Below are positions 55,728 to 64,000 of a stretch of 64,000 nt of DNA, piece by piece; within the stretch, counting starts at the first letter, position 1; each line of letters opens with the position of its first letter. Source of the DNA: Desulfobacterales bacterium. Lineage in GTDB: Bacteria; Desulfobacterota; Desulfobacteria; Desulfobacterales; UBA2174. Under the pieces are notes generated by a model, which did not search any database, was not told the DNA's origin, and saw nothing but the letters and a program-made list of their open reading frames with translations. The position numbers and the translations under genes were made by a program. The stretch is taken from the NCBI GenBank assembly GCA_963668645.2, contig CAXXWC010000020.1:64001-128000 (forward strand), read 5' to 3'.

Positions 55728-57919
55728 GTTCGGGCCGGTCACGACCAGCGCGCCGGTTCTCCGAGCAGACCGCGGCGACCATCGAAGGGACCATCGCCCA
55801 CATCACCTATCAGGATTGCGAGACCCATTACACCGTGGCCCGCTTTCGTTCCCGGGACGGGGGGCAGATCACCATCGTCGGCCACCTGGTGGGACTGCGG
55901 GGCGAAGAGCGGCTGCGCCTGGAGGGATGCTGGCAGCAACACCGGCGCTTCGGCGCGCAGTTTGCCGTGCAGCGCTACGAGATCCTGATGCCGGCCGATG
56001 TGGAAGGGATCCGGGCCTACCTGGCCGGGGGGGCCGTCGCGGGTCTCGGACCGGCGCTGGCCGAGCGGCTGGTGGCTTTTTTCGGCGCCTACACCCTTGC
56101 GGTGCTCGACAGTGCGGACGGCCGGCTTGAGGCGGTTCCGGGAATCGGCCCCAAGCGCGCGGCGGCCATCGGCGAGGCCTGGGCGGCCCACCACGAACTG
56201 CGGCGCCTGATGCACTTTTTGCAGTCCAACGGGATCAGCCCGGCTTACACGGCGCGGATCCACCGGCTTTACGGGGCCGAAGCCGAAACGGTGCTGCGGG
56301 CCGAGCCTTACCGGCTGGCCGAAGATCTTCCCGGGCCGGGGTTTCTATTGTCCGATGCCCTGGCCGCCCATCTCGGAATGGCCCCGGATGCGCCTGTGCG
56401 CGTGGGCGCCTGTCTGCACCACCTCATGGATGCGGCCTGCCGCGAGGGGCATGTCTGGTCGTCACGCGAGGCGCTTCTGGGCGCTGTTGAACAGCGTTTC
56501 GGGATCGATCGGATCGACGCCGAAGCCAGCCTGGCGGACCAGATCGACGCCGGGACCCTGGTGCAAGGACCGATCCCCGAGGAGCCGGACGACACCGCGG
56601 TCTATCCGGCCCCGCTCTACGCGGCTGAAAAGGTCATCGTACGGCGCATTGCCGCCCTTTTGGCCGTCCCCCTTGCCGAGACACCGCCGCCGGCCGAAGA
56701 GATCTCCAGGCGGGTTTTCGCCGCCCTGGCCGTCTCGCCGTCTCCGGAGCAGCTTGAAGTTCTGGAGGCCAGCCTGGCCCAGCACATCGCCATCGTCACC
56801 GGCGGTCCCGGCACCGGCAAGACGACCCTGATCCGGGCCTACAGCGCCTTGGCCGAAGCCGCCGGCCGACGGGTCCTGCTTGCCGCTCCCACGGGCCGTG
56901 CCGCCCGCCGCCTGGCCGAGATCACCGGCCGGGCCGCCGTCACGGTGCACCGGCTTCTTGGCTTGAATCCTTCAGACGGCAGCTTTCTCCACGGTGCGGA
57001 CAATCCCCTGGATACCGACGCCCTGATCGTGGACGAAGCCTCGATGCTCGACACCGAGATCACCGAACACCTGCTGCGGGCCCTGCCCTTGAGCGCTACC
57101 CTGCTGCTGGTGGGCGACGCCTTTCAACTGCCTTCGGTGGGGCCGGGAAGCGTGCTGGCCGATCTGTTGGCCTGCCAACGGATTCCGGTCTACGAACTGA
57201 CCGCCATCTTTCGCCAGTCGGCCGCCAGCCCCATTATCGTCAATGCGCATCGACTGCGCCAGGGGGCAATGCCGGATCTGGACATCGCTTCGGTCAAGGG
57301 CGCTGAATTTCAATTCATCGAAGTTCAGGATCCGGCCACGGCGGTGCACACCGTGGTGGATCTGTGCCGCGGCCTGGCAGAGGAACTGGGCTGCGATCCG
57401 ATCCGCCAGATCCAGGTGCTCACCCCGATGCACCGGGGCGAGGCCGGGACTATCAATCTCAACGCCGTGCTGCAAAAAGCCCTAAATCCGCACGGGGCCG
57501 AAACCGGTGGGTTCCGGCCGGGGGACAAGGTCATGCACCTGAAAAACAACTATGTCAAAGAGGTGTTCAACGGGGATATCGGCATCGTGGCCGGACCGGC
57601 GGACAAAGACCGGGTGCTGGAGGTTGAGTTTGAAGGACGTCACGTTCGCTACGCCCCCGACGAACAGGACCAACTGGCCCTGGCCTACGCCATAACGGTT
57701 CATAAAAGCCAAGGCTCTGAATACCCGGCGGTGGTAGTGCCCCTGCTGACCCAGCACTATCCTTTGCTGCAGCGCAACCTGCTTTATACCGCGCTGACCC
57801 GGGGACGCGAGCGGGTGGTGCTCGTCGGCAGTCGCAAGGCCCTGGCCATTGCCGTGCATAACCAGCGACCCGCCCAGCGGCGCACGGGATTGCGCCACCG
57901 GCTGCAAGGCGCTTTTTAA
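55724..57919 (+). CDS. recD2: RecD2-like ATP-dependent DNA helicase
   Basis: HhH motifs, GGPGTGKTT, DEASM, QLPSVGPG, TVHKSQGSEY, YTALTR. Confidence 0.92.
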   Translation: MSSGRSRPARRFSEQTAATIEGTIAHITYQDCETHYTVARFRSRDGGQITIVGHLVGLRGEERLRLEGCWQQHRRFGAQFAVQRYEILMPADVEGIRAYLAGGAVAGLGPALAERLVAFFGAYTLAVLDSADGRLEAVPGIGPKRAAAIGEAWAAHHELRRLMHFLQSNGISPAYTARIHRLYGAEAETVLRAEPYRLAEDLPGPGFLLSDALAAHLGMAPDAPVRVGACLHHLMDAACREGHVWSSREALLGAVEQRFGIDRIDAEASLADQIDAGTLVQGPIPEEPDDTAVYPAPLYAAEKVIVRRIAALLAVPLAETPPPAEEISRRVFAALAVSPSPEQLEVLEASLAQHIAIVTGGPGTGKTTLIRAYSALAEAAGRRVLLAAPTGRAARRLAEITGRAAVTVHRLLGLNPSDGSFLHGADNPLDTDALIVDEASMLDTEITEHLLRALPLSATLLLVGDAFQLPSVGPGSVLADLLACQRIPVYELTAIFRQSAASPIIVNAHRLRQGAMPDLDIASVKGAEFQFIEVQDPATAVHTVVDLCRGLAEELGCDPIRQIQVLTPMHRGEAGTINLNAVLQKALNPHGAETGGFRPGDKVMHLKNNYVKEVFNGDIGIVAGPADKDRVLEVEFEGRHVRYAPDEQDQLALAYAITVHKSQGSEYPAVVVPLLTQHYPLLQRNLLYTALTRGRERVVLVGSRKALAIAVHNQRPAQRRTGLRHRLQGAF

Positions 57920-58139
57920 AGAGGCGCCTTGCATGGCAAGCTATAAAAAAGCTTGAAATTTTGGCCGTTATTGAATATATGACAAAAGCGTAAAAAATCC
58001 TCCTGATCACAAAGATTCAAGCGATGTTCATATATTGTGGGTGATTTTATCTGTTTTTGCACTCCTGGTGCCTTTGATTTGAGGGAAACCGATTTTTTTG
58101 TAAAAACATAAACATAAACACATCAATCCCAAAGAGGCC

Positions 58140-58979
58140 ATGATGAAAAAGCCGTCTTATTTTCTGTTTCCCCTCCTCGTCGTTTTGTTTCTCTCTGTTT
58201 GGGCGGTCAGTGCTGCGGCCTTGACCCTGAGCGAACAATACTACCAGAAGCACCCCCTCAAGGCCGATGGGCTCGAAAAGACCTGGGGTGCGCCGGTGGC
58301 GACCCAGGATCTGGCCAACGGGATGCAAAAACGCGTCTACAAGGTGCGCAATCCCTATCCGGAAACCCTCTCCTACCGCTTTTTCATCGTCAAGGACGAC
58401 CGCGTGGTGTCCAGCGGTCTTTCCGATACGGCCGGAGTGGAGAAGATGGCCGCCAGCGGCGGCACCACGACCCTGCCGCTAAGTCGGATCAGCGAGTCCT
58501 ACTACAGCCGGCATCCGATGAAGGCCGAAGAAGTCAAACATATCTGGGGCAAGCCGGTGGTGTCCAAAAGCGTCGATGAAGGCATCGAGCAGTGGATCTT
58601 CGAGATCGAAAATCCCTACCCGGCCCAGTTAAAGTACCGCTATTTCACCATCAAGGACGGGATGGTGCTCGCCAGCGGCGTTACCGATATCATCGGCACG
58701 GAAAATGAAGCGGCCACCTGCGGTACGGAAGGCCCGCCGGCGGCCCAACTCAGCAAACTCTACTACGGCAAGTTCAACCTCACGGCCGAAGAAGTGGCCA
58801 AGACCTGGGGCCAGCCGGTTCTGGTCCAGAAGCTGGACAACGGAATGGAAAACCGCGTCTTTCGCATTCCCAATCCCTATCCGGAACAGTTCAAGTACCG
58901 CTACTTTCTCATGCGCAACGGCAAGGTGGTGGCCAGCGGTGTTTCGGAAACCGCCGCCTGCGACATCGGCCTGCAATAA
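58140..58979 (+). CDS. Secreted hypothetical protein with three tandem ~85-aa repeats
   Basis: Signal peptide, then three copies of (L/I)SxxYY...WGxPV...NPYP...YR(F/Y)F...SG. Confidence 0.85.
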   Translation: MMKKPSYFLFPLLVVLFLSVWAVSAAALTLSEQYYQKHPLKADGLEKTWGAPVATQDLANGMQKRVYKVRNPYPETLSYRFFIVKDDRVVSSGLSDTAGVEKMAASGGTTTLPLSRISESYYSRHPMKAEEVKHIWGKPVVSKSVDEGIEQWIFEIENPYPAQLKYRYFTIKDGMVLASGVTDIIGTENEAATCGTEGPPAAQLSKLYYGKFNLTAEEVAKTWGQPVLVQKLDNGMENRVFRIPNPYPEQFKYRYFLMRNGKVVASGVSETAACDIGLQ

Positions 58980-58993
58980 GCTTCTTCCCGGGC

Positions 58994-59025
58994 GCGGCAC
59001 CGCGGTTCGACCACCGCGGTGCCGC
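58994..59025 (+). terminator. GC-rich hairpin after the repeat-protein gene (no U tract)
   Basis: GCGGCACCGCGGT-N6-ACCGCGGTGCCGC, 13-bp perfect stem. Confidence 0.5.
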
Positions 59026-59200
59026 CGCTTGCGGAGTCGATATTCCCGCCTGAAATCCGATGCCCTGCCCCCCAGCGGTAATTGCTGCACGAGACCATCC
59101 TTGCCTTGAATCGCGGTGCCTTTTCCAGTAGTCTGGCCGCCACGCGACGCGCCGCAGCGTCGGCGTGCGCCCGTGCCAATACCCAAGAGACCACCGTGCA

Positions 59201-60280
59201 ATGACCGATCAAACCGTTTCGTCCCCTCGCTGGAAGCAGATTCTTGCCAAGAGTGTCACATCCCCGGCCGCCCTGCCACGGCGGCTCGATTTGCCGCATC
59301 GCCGGCCCCTCGAAGCGGTGGCCGCCCGCTACCCGATGCGCATCAACCCATACTGGCTCGACCAGATGAAGGCTCCGGGGGACCCGTTCTGGCGCCAGGC
59401 CATGCCGGATCCGGCGGAGCTGCTGGATGAGGGCGGAGAGGCCGATCCACTGGCAGAGGCGGTCCAGTCGCCGGTTCCCGGACTGATCCACCGCTATCCG
59501 GACCGGGTCGTGTTTCTCGTCTCGGACCGCTGTGCCCTGTATTGCCGCCACTGCATGCGCAAACGGCGCGTCGGCCGGTCCCGGCAGGACCGGAAGGCGG
59601 ACCTCGAGGCCGGGATCGCCTATATCCGGCGCACACCGGCGGTGCGCGAAGTGATCCTTTCCGGCGGCGACCCCCTGATGCTGGACGATGCAATCCTCGA
59701 TGAGCTTCTGACCCGGCTCAGGACCATCGCCCACGTATCCCTGCTGCGGATTCACACCCGCATGCCCTGCACCCTGCCCCAACGCATCACCCCTTTTCTG
59801 GTGCGGATGCTGGCGCGGCACCATCCGCTCTATGTCAACACCCAGTTCAACCATCCGGCCGAGATGACCCCGGCGGCCGCGGCCGCCTGCCGCCGGCTGG
59901 TGCAAGCCGGAATCCCGCTGGGGTGCCAGACGGTGTTGCTCAGGGGCGTCAACGACGATGCGGCTGTCATGGCCGAGTTGATGCGGACCCTGCTGGCCTG
60001 CCGAGTGAGGCCCTACTACCTGCATCAGATGGACCCGGTGGCCGGTACGGCCCATTTCCGGACTTCTGTGGCCACCGGTTTGGCCGTCATGTCGGCCCTG
60101 CGCGGGCGGATACCCGGAATCGGCGTGCCCCAGTTTATGATCGATCTTCCCGGCGGCGGCGGCAAGGTTCCTCTGCTGCCCGAGCAGGTAGTGGCCCGCT
60201 GCGGCGCGGTCTGGAAGGTCCGCAGTTACAACGGTGGCATCTACGACTACCCGGTCGGAGAAAAGGAGGTCGGAAGATGA
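59201..60280 (+). CDS. KamA-family radical SAM aminomutase
   Basis: HRYPDRV, CALYCRHCMRKR, ILSGGDPL, QTVLLRGVND, PYYLHQ, GGGGKVP (PLP lysine). Confidence 0.9.
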   Translation: MTDQTVSSPRWKQILAKSVTSPAALPRRLDLPHRRPLEAVAARYPMRINPYWLDQMKAPGDPFWRQAMPDPAELLDEGGEADPLAEAVQSPVPGLIHRYPDRVVFLVSDRCALYCRHCMRKRRVGRSRQDRKADLEAGIAYIRRTPAVREVILSGGDPLMLDDAILDELLTRLRTIAHVSLLRIHTRMPCTLPQRITPFLVRMLARHHPLYVNTQFNHPAEMTPAAAAACRRLVQAGIPLGCQTVLLRGVNDDAAVMAELMRTLLACRVRPYYLHQMDPVAGTAHFRTSVATGLAVMSALRGRIPGIGVPQFMIDLPGGGGKVPLLPEQVVARCGAVWKVRSYNGGIYDYPVGEKEVGR

Positions 60281-61629
60281 CGGCTGCGCCGCCAAAACCG
60301 CCTCGTGCGCTCCACCGCAGACAGCCGATCGTTGCCCTGGCGGCCGACGCCCGGGGCCGGATCATCGAAATGCCCGGGTACCAGGCCGTGGGAATGGCCG
60401 GTGGGGATTTTCTCCCCCTGACCACGGCCGATACTCTGCCCATGCCCCACGGGGGCGAATTGATGATGCTCCCGGATCGCTCTCCCGTGCTTTTCAACCT
60501 CGATACCGGGCGGCTCGAAACCTTGACCCGCAACCCCTGGGACCCGCAAGAACCGCTGTTTGCCGTGGCCGCCTTCAATTCCCCGGGCTATGTCAATACC
60601 CGGCTGAGCGCCTTTGTGGAAAACCCCGAGGCCCGGATCCTGCCGCTTTTCAGCTACGGGGCGGTGGGATGGCACGCCGGTGCCTTTCACACCCCCCTGA
60701 TCCGGGTGGACCGCGAACCGCGCCAGGACCTGCGGCGCATGCCCCGGGAGAAGGTGGTGTCCGGGGTTGCCCGCCTGCGCCGGAAGATGCCGGAGAACCG
60801 GCTGCGTAGCCACCTGGAGCGCTGCGCCCTGGAGTACGGGTGCCCGGCGGGCAAGAATTTTTTTCTCGGCCGCTACGAGGCCCCCCTGCCCACCTCCCGG
60901 GCCTGCAATGCCCGTTGCCTGGGCTGTATTTCGCTGCAGAGCGATCCGGATCTGTGCAGCAGCCAGAACCGGATCGATTTCACCCCGTCGCCCGAGGAGA
61001 TCGCCGAAGTGGCCCTCTTTCACATCCTGCGCGTGCCCCGGGCGGTGGTCTCATTCGGCCAGGGCTGCGAGGGCGATCCGCTGCTGGCCGCCGAGGTCAT
61101 CGCGCCGGCCATCCGCATCATCCGCCGCCGGACCGACCGCGGAACGGTCAACCTGAACACCAACGCCAGCCGCCCGGCGGTCCTGGAGGCGCTCTTTGAT
61201 GCCGGCCTGGACAGCATCCGAGTCAGCCTCAACAGTGTCCGCCCCCCGTGCTACACCGCCTATTTTCGTCCCCGGGACTATACCTTCGCCGATGTGACCG
61301 CCAGCATCGACCTGGCCCGCGGCAGGGGGCGCTTCGTGGCGGTCAACTACCTCAACTGCCCGGGGGTTACCGACAGCCCCGAGGAAGCCGAGGCCCTGGC
61401 CGACTTTGTCCGGCGCCACCGCATCGACATGATCCAGTGGCGCAACCTCAACTTTGATCCGCTGCGCTACCATCGGGCCATGGCCGCCGCCGCCCCTCTG
61501 GGGCTGCCGGTGGGCATGACCCGTTTGATCGGGGCGATGCGCCGCGATTTTCCGCACCTGATGCACGGCTACTTCAACCCGCCACGGGAACGATGGGGCG
61601 CTGATACCGGCCGAAAAAAGGATCCGTAA
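60277..61629 (+). CDS. Radical SAM protein of unknown function
   Basis: CNARCLGC, SFGQGCEGDPL, NTNAS; ATGA overlap with the kamA-like gene. Confidence 0.88.
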   Translation: MTAAPPKPPRALHRRQPIVALAADARGRIIEMPGYQAVGMAGGDFLPLTTADTLPMPHGGELMMLPDRSPVLFNLDTGRLETLTRNPWDPQEPLFAVAAFNSPGYVNTRLSAFVENPEARILPLFSYGAVGWHAGAFHTPLIRVDREPRQDLRRMPREKVVSGVARLRRKMPENRLRSHLERCALEYGCPAGKNFFLGRYEAPLPTSRACNARCLGCISLQSDPDLCSSQNRIDFTPSPEEIAEVALFHILRVPRAVVSFGQGCEGDPLLAAEVIAPAIRIIRRRTDRGTVNLNTNASRPAVLEALFDAGLDSIRVSLNSVRPPCYTAYFRPRDYTFADVTASIDLARGRGRFVAVNYLNCPGVTDSPEEAEALADFVRRHRIDMIQWRNLNFDPLRYHRAMAAAAPLGLPVGMTRLIGAMRRDFPHLMHGYFNPPRERWGADTGRKKDP

Positions 61630-61632
61630 TCC

Positions 61633-62586
61633 ATGGATTGGCTTGAACTGAAAGTGATTTTCGAAAGCAGCGACCCGGAGTTGGCCGCCGACCTGATCGC
61701 CGACCGGTTTTATGAGGCCGGCGTTGCCGGGGTGGTGATCGAAACCCCGGAAAAGGATCCGGGGGCCGATTGGGGCGCCGATGCCGTCCCGCCGCCCGAG
61801 CATCACGCCGTGCTCGGGTATCTGCCGGTCACCGAGACCCTGACCGAAAGGCGCCGCTCGGTCATCGACGGTGTGACAAGGCTGTTCGACCGGCTGGGGG
61901 TGGCGATTGAAATCCGTACCCGGAACCTTCGCGACGAGGACTGGGCCGAGTCGTGGAAGGCCTTTTTTCACCCCCTGCGGGTCGGCCGGCGCCTGGTGAT
62001 CAAGCCGACCTGGCATGAATACAGCGCCGCTGCCGATGACATCGTGCTGGAGATCGACCCGGGCATGGCCTTCGGCAGCGGGACCCATTCCACCACCCGT
62101 ATGTGCCTGGAGCTGATCGAAGCATACCTCAAGCCCGGCGCAAGGGTCCTGGATGTGGGCACCGGATCGGGGATCTTGCTGCTGGCGGCCGCCCGGTTGG
62201 GGGCCGGCGCGATGGAGGGGCTGGACATCGACGATGTGGCGGTGGCCGTGGCCGCCGAGAACCTGCGCTGCAACGCGATTGCGCCCGAACGCTGGTGCAT
62301 CGGGCGCGGTACGATTCACCAGGCGGCCACGGGTGCCTACGATCTTGTGGCGGCCAACATCCTTTCCGAAGTCATCATTCCCATCCTGCCCGAAGTGGCG
62401 CGGGTGATGGCCGACGGCGGGCGCTTCATCGCCTCGGGGGTCGTGGCGCCCAACGCGCCCAAGGTCGAGGCGGCCTTGCAGGCCGCCGGGCTGGAAGCCG
62501 TCGAGGTGCGCCGGATGGAGGACTGGGTCGCCATGGTGGCGGTGCGCGCCGACGCCGAATCAGATCAGGGTCCGCACCATTTGTGA
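61633..62586 (+). CDS. prmA: Ribosomal protein L11 methyltransferase
   Basis: EDWAESWK, IDPGMAFGSGTHSTT, VLDVGTGSGIL, VAANI. Confidence 0.93.
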   Translation: MDWLELKVIFESSDPELAADLIADRFYEAGVAGVVIETPEKDPGADWGADAVPPPEHHAVLGYLPVTETLTERRRSVIDGVTRLFDRLGVAIEIRTRNLRDEDWAESWKAFFHPLRVGRRLVIKPTWHEYSAAADDIVLEIDPGMAFGSGTHSTTRMCLELIEAYLKPGARVLDVGTGSGILLLAAARLGAGAMEGLDIDDVAVAVAAENLRCNAIAPERWCIGRGTIHQAATGAYDLVAANILSEVIIPILPEVARVMADGGRFIASGVVAPNAPKVEAALQAAGLEAVEVRRMEDWVAMVAVRADAESDQGPHHL

Positions 62587-63600
62587 CGCCGGAACCAGTT
62601 CCACCCGCTGGCGGATAGCCGGCAGGCGCTCGCGCAAGACCTCGAGGGTTTCGGGGTGGGGGTGGGCGATGCCGATGGCCTGGCCGTGTTTTTCGGCTTG
62701 GCGCACCAGTTCGTCGAGCTGCTTTTGGATCAGGTCTTTTTGCTGGACATGATCGATGAACACGTCGCGCTGGGCAAAGGGGACCTTTAAAAGCCGGGCC
62801 GATTGGTACGCGATGGTTTTGCCCGTCGTGCGGCTGTCGACGAAAAAGAGGCCGCGCTTCTTGAGGACCGAAAAAATCTGGTTCATGCGGTCCCCATCCT
62901 GGGTCAGGCGCGATCCCATGTGGTTGTTGACACCGACGGCCCCGGGGACCTCCTCGATGTCGCGGCGCACTTGATCGATGATCTGGTTGGGCGTCATATC
63001 GGCCAGCAAGGCGCCGGGTCCGGGGTTAACCCGGGGATACTCCTCGGGTTCCATGGGCAGGTGGACCATGACCTGGCAGCCCCTGCGCCGGGCTTCGGCG
63101 GCGATTTGCCTGCCGTTGGGACTGAAAGGCAGGACGGATACGGTCAACGGGACGCCCAGTGCGAGGAAGGCTTGGTTCAGGGCGCGGTCGTAGCCCATGT
63201 CATCGATGACCAAGGCCACCCGGGGGCGATCAGATGGGGGGGCCGCCGGCGGGTGCAGCGCCGCCGGCGGGGTTTCTTCCATGGGGAAGACCTCGTAGGT
63301 CGGCACCGAGGGCGGCGCGGGCGATGCACTGGCAACCTTTTGCGGCGGTTGGGGAACCGGCGCCGGCGGCGCCGGCCTTTTTTCTTTCAAGATCGCTTTG
63401 GGCGCTTCGGCGGCCGGTGGCGGGGCAGGATGGGGCGGCAGGATGATGCGCACTCCGATGGCGGTTGCCACCACCACTGTCAGCAAAATGGCCAGGGCCC
63501 ATAGCACCCTGGGATAAGGATTGGTCTTTTTCGGCCTTCGGTTTGAAACGGTTCGCCCCGATCCGGCCTTGCGCCGGGTCGGGGCCTTTTTTTTAGCCAT
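62560..63600 (-). CDS. Divergent polysaccharide deacetylase (YibQ-like)
   Basis: ALVIDDMG, HLPMEP, NNHMGS, FVDSRT, IGIAHP. Confidence 0.9.
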   Translation of the reverse strand: MAKKKAPTRRKAGSGRTVSNRRPKKTNPYPRVLWALAILLTVVVATAIGVRIILPPHPAPPPAAEAPKAILKEKRPAPPAPVPQPPQKVASASPAPPSVPTYEVFPMEETPPAALHPPAAPPSDRPRVALVIDDMGYDRALNQAFLALGVPLTVSVLPFSPNGRQIAAEARRRGCQVMVHLPMEPEEYPRVNPGPGALLADMTPNQIIDQVRRDIEEVPGAVGVNNHMGSRLTQDGDRMNQIFSVLKKRGLFFVDSRTTGKTIAYQSARLLKVPFAQRDVFIDHVQQKDLIQKQLDELVRQAEKHGQAIGIAHPHPETLEVLRERLPAIRQRVELVPASQMVRTLI

Positions 63601-63653
63601 ACGTCGCCTTTTTTGGGTGCCTTACCCTGCCGTCAAAACGGCAGCCCAAGGGT

Positions 63654-64000
63654 TCAGCCCTGCTTGCGGCTGAGAATTTCGTGTCCCATCAAAATATCCA
63701 GGGCCCGCATGACCTGGTTGTCGGTTTCGAGGCGTTCAACGCTGAAGGGGCCCACGCGCGGCGACATTGAACCCGGCCGGTGTTTTTTCGGCTTGGGCTT
63801 GACCGGATCGGCGGGGGCCTCGTTTTGCGGACCGCTTTTTTCCGGTTCCAGCTGCGGCGCATCGGGTGCCGGCTTATCTTGGGCCTGCTCCGGGTCCTCG
63901 GCTTCGAGGTGGTTGCGCAGATCCTTTTCCGAGATGCGGCGCCGCTCATCCTCGCTGTCGCTGGCGGCATCCGCGGAAAAGGCCGGTTTGACCTCGATGT
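63654..64000 (-). CDS. 3' end of an S41 (CtpA/Prc-type) peptidase, partial
   Basis: My translation: IEVKP...ISEKDLRNHLE...DNQVMRALDIL...; usual neighbour of YibQ-like genes. Confidence 0.7.
   Translation of the reverse strand, partial: IEVKPAFSADAASDSEDERRRISEKDLRNHLEAEDPEQAQDKPAPDAPQLEPEKSGPQNEAPADPVKPKPKKHRPGSMSPRVGPFSVERLETDNQVMRALDILMGHEILSRKQG

Noticed and set aside
62560..62586. Convergent overlap of prmA and the deacetylase gene (and abutting asnS/thyA stops)
   Set aside because: Short tail-to-tail overlaps are ordinary genome compaction

Overview
Replication-origin region of a GC-rich bacterial chromosome; gene content suggests Desulfobacterota/deltaproteobacteria (inference). Left part, mostly minus strand: rSAM-rng, rpmH-rnpA-yidD-yidC-mnmE, a perfect parS, a TolC/MFP/RND pump with a PII-like gene, and dnaN-gyrB-thyA-like; degP and asnS are on plus. 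At 23.8-24.0 kb an AT-rich spacer carries six non-canonical DnaA-box-like 9-mers (TTWTCRACA-type) and gene orientation flips nearby, making it the probable oriC. No dnaA gene is in the window; a two-gene split RdgC sits where dnaA usually is. Right part, mostly plus strand: EndoQ-UvrD fusion, tRNA-Gly(GCC), pqiA-pqiA-pqiB-pqiC, GDPD, CCA/HD nucleotidyltransferase, a Na+:solute symporter behind a leader terminator, USP, rubredoxin, an arnBCADT + two-component operon with a PmrA-like direct-repeat promoter, hsp20/hsp20-lon, rlpA-gmhB-recD2, a secreted three-repeat protein, kamA-like/radical SAM/prmA, and the 3' end of an S41 protease. I saw no CRISPR, prophage, integrase or transposase. Most of the window is housekeeping. 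The best candidates for undescribed biology are the dnaA-less origin with variant boxes and split RdgC, the symporter attenuator, the PrmA paralogue with a putative winged-helix N-terminus, and the three-repeat protein. All calls come from reading motifs by eye; no searches were run.
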